Source of the DNA: Callorhinchus milii
Lineage: Eukaryota
Reading direction: 5' to 3'
Assembly: GCF_018977255.1 (NCBI RefSeq)
Contig: NW_024705430.1
Location: forward strand, 1 to 45,405
DNA: 45,405 nt
The translations under genes and the position numbers were made by a program. Positions 13,642 through 24,310 of the stretch are shown piece after piece. Under the pieces are notes generated by a model, which was given only the letters and a program-made list of their open reading frames with translations, was not told the DNA's origin and ran no database searches. Numbering within the stretch: the stretch's first letter is position 1; the number at the start of each line of letters is the position of its first letter.

Positions 13642-14069
13642 CAGTTTTGTCAGATCTAACAAAGTTAGAGAATCACCAGATAAACCTAAAAAAGTCACCA
13701 GATATCGCTATTTTAACATTTGAAAGTTGCCAAAAATGTTGCCAAAATATGTAACTTGAATGAATGAAATTACTCATATTCTTAAAATGTATTTTGTTCG
13801 TAACATGTGAACATGAATGATGACGTAGATATAAATTAAATATTGTAGTTCTGCATTAATGTCAGTCAAGTTGGCTACCTGCATAGCTCCTCAGGCAGCT
13901 TTGAGCCAGCAGTCAACATCGTTCTTTACCAGCACGTTATCTTTATTGCTGTTGTCCGCATTTTAAAAAGTCACTAGACCATAGTTAGTCAACCTGATAC
14001 TTTTTCATCACTTCGGAAAACTCAAAAGTCACTAAACATAGTAACACAATTACTTGGTTTGCAACACTG
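13642..14069. mobile_element. Possible old hAT-like non-autonomous element
   Basis: Degenerate TIRs cagttttgtca / ttgcaacactg and repeated aaaagtcac subterminal motifs; no TSD found. Confidence 0.4.
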
Positions 14070-14388
14070 ACCTTAACACACGGAGACTTGGGCCAACCAC
14101 TGGTACCTAAAGATGACTTGTTGACCAATTAAGAGTCTACAAGTGCTGTGCAATTTATGAGTTTGTGATAGATAGTGAGTGCAATTCATTACTAAATTCC
14201 CATTGGAATTGATTACGGATTCCTGACTTTCGGAATAAGTAACCGTTAATATCATCTTTTGTATATTAACTGCTTGTGCAGATGATCCACATGTGCAGAC
14301 AGTGCTGCTGAGTGCGAGAGGGTGGGTATGAAACTGGGTGATAATGTTTTGTTATTGTTTCTGATCATCCTGTGTTGCGAAATGCTAT

Positions 14389-14888
14389 TGTAGTGAGTCA
14401 CTTCTGAGACACTAATAGTAGGAGGCAACACACTTTTATTCTACACTTAGACACTTGTTCACACACGGTATAACTATAAACGGGTCTGGACTGCCGGTTC
14501 GCTGCCTGACCCACGACGCCGGAGATGAAGACGTAGCATGACGGGTTCCATTCCAACGACAGACAGCCCTGATCCAGCCTCGGGACTTCCCTTTTATGCC
14601 CCCCGGTGTGGCCTGGCTCCGCCCTCGGCCACCCCCCCTTCTGGAACCCACCAAAAGATTCTGGGCTATACTCCACGTGTCCCCTCAGTCACCTTTGGCC
14701 CACATCCCTTACCTCCGGTCTATCACATGCTACGCACCCGAGTGACCCATTCCATGGCATTGCATGTTCTGCTGGCAGATCGGCTGTTACACCCTGCTCT
14801 GCTGGCAGATCGGCTGTAACGCCCACAATTCCCCTCTCTGTCAGAAACCATCGCTATGCGCCGTAGTGACCCATTCTATGTCACTACA
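14389..14888 (-). mobile_element. Solo LTR (same family as 7026-7444)
   Basis: TGTAGTGA...TCACTACA; shares the U5 segment (gagacactaatagtaggaggca) with the 7026 LTR; flanks ctat/caat. Confidence 0.85.
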
Positions 14889-14911
14889 CAATTATGACTA
14901 CCCTATCATAG

Positions 14912-15575
14912 TGTAGTGAGTCCAACTGAGTCACAGACGTTGTCTTGGGAGCAACACTATTTATTCAACCAACTTCAACATAACATAACACAACCCACAC
15001 TCGGGTATTGAATGCCTGTCTAACCACCCTACGGCAGACCTAGACATGGTGCGCTATCCCGGCCCGGACCACAAGCTGGGTCCCAGACCGTATGGCTAGA
15101 GGCTTCTTCTCCCCGACATTGATCTTCATCACCAACTACACGAAATAACCCCAAGCTCCTCACGGGGCCCCCGTTATATCGCCCTGGGCTGGGCTGGTTC
15201 TGCCCTTCGTCCCGCCCACCTTCCAGATCTCTCGAGCTCTTTCTCAAAGGCTCCCGAGAGCTCTTTTAGACCACATGACCGCCCAGCGGCCCCTGTCCAC
15301 CGGTGGCCTCCCTCCAATATCATTCGGTCACATGTCAGCAGGTCAACCAGCGTATCATGCCCCAACGTAACCCTGGCTGGCTGACACTCCCTCTCGCTCC
15401 CTCACCGGGAACTCGCACAGCACACTGCTCGCTGTGCCTCCACACTGACGAGTGCTCCCCAAGCCCGGCTAGGGCTGGTACTATGCGCCGTAAGTGGGCT
15501 ACACATAATGGCAACACATTATCCGCCGTGGCTTCGTAAGCCCGGCACCACACAGTGACAATCACAGTCACTACA
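14912..15575 (-). mobile_element. Solo LTR (same family as 844-1519)
   Basis: TGTAGTGA...TCACTACA, TSD ATAG; reverse complement aligns along the 844-1519 LTR. Confidence 0.9.
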
Positions 15576-16139
15576 ATAGAATGATGTAAGCCACGTTTGA
15601 CAACACTGTACAGCAAAGCATTGCCCATCGCGGGGGTTATGTTCTTAAAAATAGCCACAATCGGCAAATCCGTTATCCGCAAACACAAAGATATATAGGC
15701 TAACAAAGGTTTGGTTCATGGTTTGGAAAACATCCCCTCCTTTTGTTTTTATATTACCCAACGTCAACCAAAACATTAAACAGGAAGTGTTTTGTATTAA
15801 ATTTGATTAATATTTTCACGTGCTAAATATAACTTATGCGGTAAATTTATAGAATGAAAAAAATTACGTAGCGTACCATACACATATCTGTGTACTGTAA
15901 TGTACATGACAGGACGAAAAATCGTGCAGCTGAATCCGACTGGAGGCCGGGAGCACGGGAACTGATACCAGCAAACAAGATGGAGATACAATGGCATGTG
16001 GCATCATTGCTTGCAGTACAGTTACTATGCACACAGGAATCTCGCAGTGAACTACATATCCTCCAGCAACACTGTCGCGATTGGCGAACTGTTGCTCAAT
16101 ACATTTGGTGCAAAACCGAGATAGCTTCACCCATATGAG

Positions 16140-16560
16140 GGAAGAATATGCATTTTCTCAACACATTCCTGCGGAGGGAGCCGATAGGAACGTTGGGTTG
16201 CTCGGTCAATGACCAGGGTCAACGGCGGCGTGGTGCATTCCGCAAATATGCCCGACTGTGAGGGCGGGCACAAGCCGGCGTGAATAGGTTAAACGTTGAG
16301 TTTTATAAGGGCACCACGGGGTGACCAGCCCCTCCCCACCCAGCCCCACCCCTCCCACCCCCCAGCCAGCCCCACCCTCCCCACCCAGCCCCTCCCCACC
16401 CTCCCCACCCAGCCCCTCCCCACCCAGCCCCTCCCCACCCTCCCCACCCAGCCCCTCCCCACCCAGCCCCTCCCTCCCCACCCACCCCTCCCTGCACGAC
16501 GGACGGACGGACACAATAATCCCCTGTGGGCTGGTGTAACCAGGAAGTTCCTACCAGTAT
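16140..16560 (-). mobile_element. Third copy of the same putative Helentron-type element, with a C/G-rich array at 16324-16495
   Basis: Reverse strand: atactggtaggaac..cccacaggggattatt..(gtcc)n, G-rich repeats, then caacgttcctatcgg..aggaatgtgtt matching 2808-2847. Confidence 0.55.
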
Positions 16561-16929
16561 CACTATCAATATCTGCCGCACGATATTCATGATTTTGAGA
16601 TGCCAGTTTTCTAAATTGTCACTGATTATCGCTGTATATAGACTACAATTTTTAAAACCGATTACCTTTCATTACCGTAACATTGTAAAAAATGATCATA
16701 AGCCATTTGCCTCTTTTTCACATATACGATATTAAAAATAAAGATAAATGTACAACTATGTGTTGCATTTCTTTGCGTGTCATCCTTTATATGGTGTAAT
16801 GGTTAACATACTTGACTTATAATTCACCACTCGTGGTTAGTTTCTATCTCCTAGCGAGCAGTGATAACAAGTGGGTAAGTTTATCCCTCTTGTGTCCACC
16901 CAGCCAGATATATGGGTGCAACAATATTA

Positions 16930-17060
16930 CAGGCAGTCCTCCACTTACGAACACCTGTACTTACGAACTAGCTTCCATGAAATATAAAAAAAGCACTGAC
17001 TTCAAACTAGAACTCGCACTTGCAAACTGAACTGTGGAATTATTCTGATCAGTGGAGTGA
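16930..17060 (+). mobile_element. Tigger-like left end (similar right ends at ~1775-1835 and ~36600-36670)
   Basis: ta|CAGGCAGTCCTCCACTTACGAAC terminus with repeated acttacgaac. Confidence 0.6.
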
Positions 17061-18607
17061 TTTTCCGCAAGATGTAATGAGCCAGCCTCGTGCTGGGAGT
17101 GTGTGTGTACACACTCGCACATTGTGCGTGTGTGTGAAAGTGAGTGTGTGGGAAGTGGTAGAGTAGCGGTTAGTAGGCTGTGCTACAAAAGCGTTGACCC
17201 GAGTTTGCTTCTTGCTCATGGCCAACACCATTGAAGATATGTTAACCGGTCCTGAGACTACCTATGTCGACTCAGCCCCAAACGAGTACCTGGTGCGGTG
17301 TGTAAACATCACCACTGGGGAAACAAAGGCAGTCGGGCGTGGCGCTGGGCACTCACCCCCTCGTGTGCTATGCCGGCTTTCATTGGCACTGCTCACTAAC
17401 AGCACTTGCCCCAATAGCTTGGTAAGGTCATACAGGGGATCTTTGTTATTGGGGTGTGTGTCTTTATTTATGTGCAATTGTAGTAACTCAAGGTATTAGG
17501 ACTCAAGGTAAGTGAAAATAAACTTTTTTACATTGATGTTATCTCGGCCTCGCTGTGCGCTGCGTTGCACCGCTAGCTGAGTAGTTAACCTCGCGTCCAA
17601 TAAACCCTCAGAGCCAGGATGAACGCCTGACTCCAAACGTCATTTATTGAATTTAACGAGGTAAAACTGGTGAGAAAACAGCACAGATACAGCATCTGTT
17701 AATACCCGGAAACACCAACACAATGAATGAACACCACAGCATCATAACATTGTCTTAGATAACATGTTTCTCAACAATATATCCTGGATGGACCAGACAC
17801 CTACATTACCACTGAATAGCTATACAAGAGCATAAGCTACTGTGTTACATAAAGGCACACCGTGTTATCATCATGTAGTGGGTTCAATTTAGGTGCACAC
17901 ACACGCAGCTTGGAGGCAACACTATTTATTAAACGGTAAATAATATAACACTGTACATGAGGTGGTGACCACCTTCCTCAACTCACTAACACTCTGGAAC
18001 GCGACACAGACTGGACCAGGCAGGCAACGGCCTGCCTGGCCCAGGACGACGACTCGGGACTTGACGACCGATGGTGTCTTCACTCTTGGAGTCCAGTACA
18101 ACAGCCTTGCTCTGCGTTCACACCACGCTTATATCTGCTTTGGCGTGGCCGGCTCCGCCCAGGCGTGGCTGGCTCTCTCCAGGCCACGCCTCCCTTCCCA
18201 GGACACGCCTCACTTCCCCCACCTCTGGGAAGGTCCGGATCCCTCCAACACGTGACCCCCCAGGCACCCCCTTGGGGCCCCCAGCCCTCGTACGGGCCAA
18301 CACAGTAGTGACCGTTCTGTCACTACATCACCCCCCCTGTATAAACACACAGCCGTCCCCGGCTGTAACACAACTGTGAACATCGAAAAGGTGTGCCTCC
18401 GAACCAGCAACATCAATAAATGACCGGCGACCGATAAGAAATACAATCACGTAATATATACAGAATCGACGAGGGTAAAAGGGAACCGCATAGAAAACGG
18501 GGAATTAACAACAAATATACATGAAAACTGGCTAACCCACTTACGCTCCAGCACAGCCCCCCCCCCCCCCCCGTTAGAATCACGCATGCAATGACAGTCA
18601 CCCGTTA

Positions 18608-18998
18608 GCACCCCCCCGCCTTTCCGACGTGGCGTCACAACCAGTAGCACGCGTCGGCCATATCGGGGGGGGGAATTTCCATGTTACCACCCCCACCGCC
18701 CTTTCCGACGCGGCGTCACAACCAGTAGCACACGTCGGCCATATCGGGGGGGGAATTTCCAGGTTACCACCCCACCGCCTTTCCGACGCGGCGTCACAAC
18801 CAGTAGCACCCGTTTCCCGAACCGCCGGCGTCACAACCAGCAGCACGTGTCGGCCATATCGGTGGGATTTTAACCCAGTCTCTCTCCAAGACTCGCATCG
18901 CAGCATATAGCTGTACCGACCGAGCTGAGACGACCCAGTCTCTCTCCAAGACTCGCATCGCAGCATATAGCTGTACCGACCGAGCTGAGACGACCCAT
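18608..18998. repeat. Two short tandem arrays (~65-70-bp units, then 2 x 60 bp) near the 3' end of the LTR element
   Basis: ggcgtcacaaccagtagcac recurs 4 times; cccagtctctctccaagactcgcatcgcagcatatagctgtaccgaccgagctgagacga occurs twice. Confidence 0.9.
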
Positions 18999-19124
18999 CG
19001 TTCACTCACTGCACAACATGCACCCTAACAACTGAGGGAAACAGTCTCAACGTAACAGGACAACTCCACCTGAACCTTACGAATCTCCAGCCCACTGTTT
19101 CAACGCGCCTCGGAGGGTCTCAAC

Positions 19125-19603
19125 CTCCGAGCCGTCAGGTCAAGCTGTCAGCCATAGCATGACGGGACCACACTCCCTGAGCCATGTGAGCGCACAGCCC
19201 ACAAGGCTAGACAAGCCACAGAGTGTCTCGATCTCCGGGCTGTCAGGTCAAGCCGTCAGACACAGCATGACGGGACCACACTCTCCGAGCCATGTGAGCG
19301 CACAGCCCACTAGGCTAGACAAGCCACGGAGTGTCTCGATCTCCGGGCTGTCAGGTCAAGCCGTCAGCCATTGCATGACGGGACCACACTCTCCGAGCCA
19401 TGTGAGCGCACAGCCCACTAGGCTAGACATGCCACGGAGTGTTTCAATCTCCGGGCTGTCAGGTCAAGCCGTCAGCCATTGCATGACGGGACCACACTCT
19501 CCGAGCCCTGTGAGCGCACAGCCCACTAGGCTAGACATACCACGGAGTGTTTCAATCTCCGGGCTGTCAGGTCAAGCCGTCAGCCATAGCATGACGGGAC
19601 CAC
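19125..19603. repeat. 108-bp tandem repeat, about 4.4 units, inside the LTR element
   Basis: Unit ...tcaggtcaagccgtcagccat..gcatgacgggaccacactc..gagcgcacagcccactaggctagac.. recurs every 108 nt; 36-aa periodic ORF in the track. Confidence 0.95.
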
Positions 19604-20899
19604 AACGTTCATGTTAGACACGCAACACTCACTGGGCCATCCTGGTCAGGATCTGCGCCCCAAGATAAGTGACAGCCAGCACCACAATTCCAAATCCCTG
19701 GCAGCATGTCACCATCGCAATTTAACACCATCACAACACATACAATTTGAATTATGATCCCCCACAGAACTGATCCAATGCCGAACAGGTACGCACAATT
19801 TGTGACGATCCCGAATATTCAATGGTCACAACAATACACCTCACATCCCGTATCCGTACACATCATCTCCGAGACTCGCATTGCAGCATGCAGCTGTACC
19901 AACCGAGTGGAGAGAGCAACGCAATTTGACGGCAATTAACGGAAACGCACCCCCGATCCATGTAGAACACAAGGAGCATTCCCGCACAAAAGACATCATC
20001 TGTGCAACAACGGACAGGAACCAACCAGTGAGTTTGAAACAAACCGAACCTGTCATTTCAAAATCCCCTTCAACATTAACCATGGGACTCAGGGCATTCG
20101 AATTTTGAGAGCAAAAAAACTATACACAAACCCCAAGAATCGCCGAATTGATTAATACAGTATATGCAGTATACGAAGTTCGTACAGTCAATCATTTGGC
20201 CAATGCTCCATCCAGTCCCCACATGGCAACACACACAATCAATACTCCAGACAATCCGTACATAGTAAATAATCACAAGCAAGTACCCAACAGTCCATAC
20301 ACTGTTAACAATTCCAAGCAAAGCTCCATACGGTCTGTACCTTGGCAACAATGACGATCAAAGTTTCTGACAGTTACACGTGACAATCACGAGCGAAACT
20401 CCATACAGTATACACAATAACAATGGCGATTTCGCAACACAACGATGTAACAACACGAGTCATTAACACGGCAACCTACAGGATATCAACGGAGCTCGGG
20501 ACACCAACAACGAATTAATCATTAACTACACCCAGAAGATACCGATCTCGACGCCGTAATTAACAACACCTGTTACAAGCAGAACCCGCATGGGCCGCGT
20601 CAATTTATCACGCACACAACCGGACGAACACGCTCCGCAACCCAGCGAGTTAAAAAAAAAACACCCGCGATCGCAACCCGGCGCACGTAAGATGGGTGAA
20701 GATATTATTATTTTTCTTGGGCCGGGTGCTTGTCATGTCACGACTCGCCTGGCAAACTGTGAATAGCGGAGGGCGGCAAGGTGGAGCACTGGGACGGCCC
20801 GAAGAATCTTGCATGGTGAACACGGCCTGCTCTTGCGAACCCATCCACCTCTCGCGCTCGAGCAGAAGACTGGAACTCCCCCTCTGCAGGCGTTGATGT

Positions 20900-21122
20900 C
20901 GGCGGGAGCGGCATTTCGGCAGCAGGAGCGGCGTTTTGGCGGGAACCGCGCCCCGACCAGCCCCAAGTGGCGGGAGCGGCGTTTTGGCGGGAACCGCGCC
21001 CCGACCAGCCGCCGAGATGGCGGGACGGCGTTTTGGCGGGAACCGCGCCCGACCAGCCCCGAGTTGGCGGGAGCGGCGTTTTGGCGGGAACCGCGCCCCG
21101 ACCAGCCGCCGAAATGGCGGGC
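20900..21122. repeat. GC-rich ~43-bp tandem repeat in the 5' internal region of the LTR element
   Basis: ggcgttttggcgggaaccgcgcccc(gaccagcc) occurs 4 times. Confidence 0.92.
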
Positions 21123-22463
21123 CCACCGCGTGGCCCGCATGCCCGGGCCTCCCCCGCCAGCCCCCGCAGCGACGATGGTGTCCTCTCCCCGCGGCTCCGT
21201 CGCTCCGTTCCCGATGGCGGCGAAGCAGCAGTGCGATGCCAGTCCCGCCGCTCCGCGTGCAGCGCCATCTCTCTCTCTCTGTCACCGGGGCTGCCATCCC
21301 CGGGGCTGTCCGAAGGATGGTCGTCACACCGTCCCCGTCGTACGAAGGCTTCCAGATGAGTTTTTATTTGTTTTTCGTGTGCCCATTTTACTTCCCTAGG
21401 ATAACACCTAGCAATATTTATTTTTCCACAACTTCTGACGCCAAATGTAGTGGGTTCGAATTAGGTGCACACACACGCAGCTTGGAGGCAACACTATTTA
21501 TTAAACGGTAAATAATATAACACTGTACATGAGGTGGTGACCACCTTCCTCAACTCACTAACACTCTGGAACGCGACACAGACTGGACCAGGCAGGCAAT
21601 GGCCTGCCTGGCCCAGGACGACGACTCGGGACTTGACGACCGATGATGTCTTCACTTCGGAGTACAGTACAACAGCCTTGCTCTGCGTTCACACCACGCT
21701 TATATCTGCTTTGGCGTGGCCGGCTCCGCCCAGGCGTGGCTGGCTCTCTCCAGGCCACGCCTCCCTTCCCAGGACACGCCTCACTTCCCCCACCTCTGGG
21801 AAGGTCCGGATCCCTCCAGCACGTGACCCCCCAGGCACCCCCTTGGGGCCCCCAGCCCTCGTACGGGCCGACACAGTAGTGACCGTTCTATGTCACTACA
21901 CAGGCATTGAACACTCAAGTCACAAGCTTAAAAAGCAGAGATCGGGAGTTCGAAGCCAGATGATCCCCGTCTTTACAGAGCCTAAAATGAGGCACATGGG
22001 GGGGGGCTAGGTTGGGACTGACCCCCCTTTCTGGAAACTGGCAGGAACATATTATTTCTCAGAGGGACGTAAGTTCACAAGCTCACACGTAACATGTACA
22101 ATTATTTAACTTGTGCTGCTTTGTTACACGCCTTTCCATTTTTCCCCCAGCCCTTTTCTCCCCCCCCCCCGCCGTCCCCTCGCCATTCTCTCTCTCCCAC
22201 CCCCCTTCTTCCCTTTTATGTTTGTTATCTTCTACCTTGCCCCCATATAAAGTTTCACTTCTCTGCTAGAGGCTCCCACCTGGGTAGGACAGTGGCCCCA
22301 ATCTGCCCTTCTTCACCAAACTATGCTGCATCGATCTCAGGCTTTGCTTACGGGATTTATGTTCCACCTTATTTTGTGATTGGTGCTTTGTACCGGGCTC
22401 GCATTGAGTTGAAATAACATATTTTTTTCATTTATATTCTGTGTGTGTGGGGGTAGTGCTGAC

Positions 22464-22603
22464 CGTTAAGGATTCTTCCATGTAGTTGTACAGAATGACC
22501 CGTATTTCCGTTTGCTCGCCTCGTTTCACCGAGTAGGGCAAGTGAAGTTTGATGAAGAAATCTTTGGTAGAAACCAGTAACAATGGGTCTGCTAGACACA
22601 CTC
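22464..22603 (-). CDS. C3: Complement C3 exon: [47 protein letters not shown]
   Basis: F-F-I-x-L-x-L-P-Y-S-V-x-R-G-E-Q...Y-N-Y motif; acceptor ttgtAG, donor GTcagc; 140 nt, phase 1 to 0. Confidence 0.96.
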
Positions 22604-23529
22604 CTACAAGACAGAAGCAAGAAAAGTACAGATGACACCAAAACAAACTGTCGGAAATATGTATAATGAGCAGTATACAATCTCCATTATAATGATAATT
22701 ATATGTTTGATTGTGCACCCTTTAAATGGGGTGTCTCAAAGTGATTTACATTCTAATCAGAGACTTACATCTCAAACCTATACAACGGAATTTGTCCCTG
22801 TGTGGCATTAGTCTGCTAGTAGAGGGCGATTATTTGCACATGTAATCCCAATTGAGTAAGTTGCAGTGTAATGTTTTGTACTTGGTACATTTTAACCGTG
22901 ATGCCAACACACAATGGCCTATTAGAATGTGGTTACACTATCTTAATATCCCTGTGAGTGAACAGCATGTAATGCATAATTAATTGACCCCCCGGCCTTC
23001 CAGATTGGGACCACGAACCACGACAAGTGGGAAATGCGCTACCACTAGGACATGTCAATGGGCCACATGCATCGCCAAGCTCACTTATACTGTCACATCA
23101 AGGCTGCACCCCAAACCGTGACCTGGTTATGCCCATCCTCCTGTTACGGTTTGCCAGTCGAGACAGCTATCACTCATATCGAGCGAATTTGACACTAGGG
23201 AAAAAGTCTGTCAGAAAACGAAAGGCGATGGGCATGCCTCTGCTAAGGCTTAGCTCTGACTCAAGTCAGCTGGCTCAAAGCCATGCTTAACTTGATTTGT
23301 TGAGCCGAGCCTGAGCCAAGCCACATGAGCAACTGAGCTGCTGACCTGCTCATGTGGCTCTGAAAGCAATTCAGTGGCTCACGTCCGAGCTGAACCATTA
23401 GAATTAAAGCCAGAGATGCAACGAAGAATAACGACCTCAGTCTAAATTTTTACTTGTAAAGGTGACTTCTAAAATTAGCTTAATTTGGCCCAAAATAATT
23501 TGAAAGCATACACAAAGGAATAAACGTAC

Positions 23530-23612
23530 CTCTAGTTTTAGAGATGCTCACGGCCTGCATGTGCCAAGTGGTTATGGTATCTGGTAATTGTAACCTAATC
23601 TGAGGATGTTTT
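23530..23612 (-). CDS. C3: Complement C3 exon: KHPQIRLQLPDTITTWHMQAVSISKTR
   Basis: L-P-D-T-I-T-T-W motif of thioester proteins; acceptor ttttAG, donor GTacgt; 83 nt, phase 2 to 1. Confidence 0.95.
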
Positions 23613-24134
23613 CTAAAAATAAAAGACACCATTTCATTGGATAAGTTATTTCCACAGACTTAATTACATAGGTAATTTGTGTAATTTTAGATTGTGAATT
23701 TGGATTAATTCAGTGCTCATAAAGATGGTGTTAAAGTTATGATTCGTAATACAATTTTGAGTAAGGCATACTAATGATGTGGCCCAAATGTGTCGTTAAG
23801 ACACTCCACGATCCAACAAAGCCTCATAGTCATGTGCACAAGCATTAAATGACGTGCCATTTATTATACTTTCTGATTACAGTGTAAGTTGTGTAGCAAT
23901 TCTCAAACCAAAGTTAGCAGTGAGATATGTCAGAATAAACACGTCACTTGAGACAACCTCTTAAATATATATCATAACTTCATAGGACCAACCAATACAA
24001 TTTAAACTGAATATTATTGACAATAAATGAATGTTTTCTAGCTTCATTCTAATTTATCTGGGTCAATTCCCATTATATGTGTATATATATATAAAACGCC
24101 TTGACCTACGTGTTCAGGCAAGGATGAAGCTTAC

Positions 24135-24237
24135 CCGCTTGCAGGAATTTTGTATTTATTCCAGCCCCAGCTTTGAGGAAAGTATGACCTCATAGTAACG
24201 TCATCTTCATTCATCAACTCCAATTCCATAAAATCAT
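24135..24237 (-). CDS. C3: Complement C3 exon, alpha' N-terminus: (N)DFMELELMNEDDVTMRSYFPQSWGWNKYKIPASG
   Basis: R-S-Y-F-P-x-S-W motif; acceptor ctttcAG, donor GTaagc; 103 nt, phase 1 to 2. Confidence 0.95.
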
Positions 24238-24310
24238 CTGAAAGTAAAGGCAAGTAAATGTTATCTTCTTCACACGTTGAAAGCACAAGAAGACGTGAAA
24301 TATTACGTAC

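Larger units (their letters stand above)
17874..21900 (-). mobile_element. Non-autonomous LTR element with two ~455-bp LTRs (17874-18327, 21446-21900) and a 3.1-kb internal region lacking pol
   Basis: Near-identical direct repeats with TGTAGTG...CACTACA ends; PBS TGGCGTCAGAAGT next to the right LTR, PPT next to the left LTR; no RT/IN motifs seen. Confidence 0.92.

Noticed and set aside
16206..16592. Gly/Pro-rich ORFs
   Set aside because: Products of a C/G-rich tandem repeat open in all frames
16791..16925. tRNA gene
   Set aside because: Only a box A-like head with no cloverleaf; likely a decayed SINE
19125..19603. Regularly spaced repeats as a CRISPR-like array
   Set aside because: Whole units repeat with no unique spacers; eukaryotic LTR-element context; no cas genes
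20650..21511. Several long overlapping ORFs
   Set aside because: GC-rich repeat with few stops; no recognisable gag or other domain, although a decayed gag cannot be excluded
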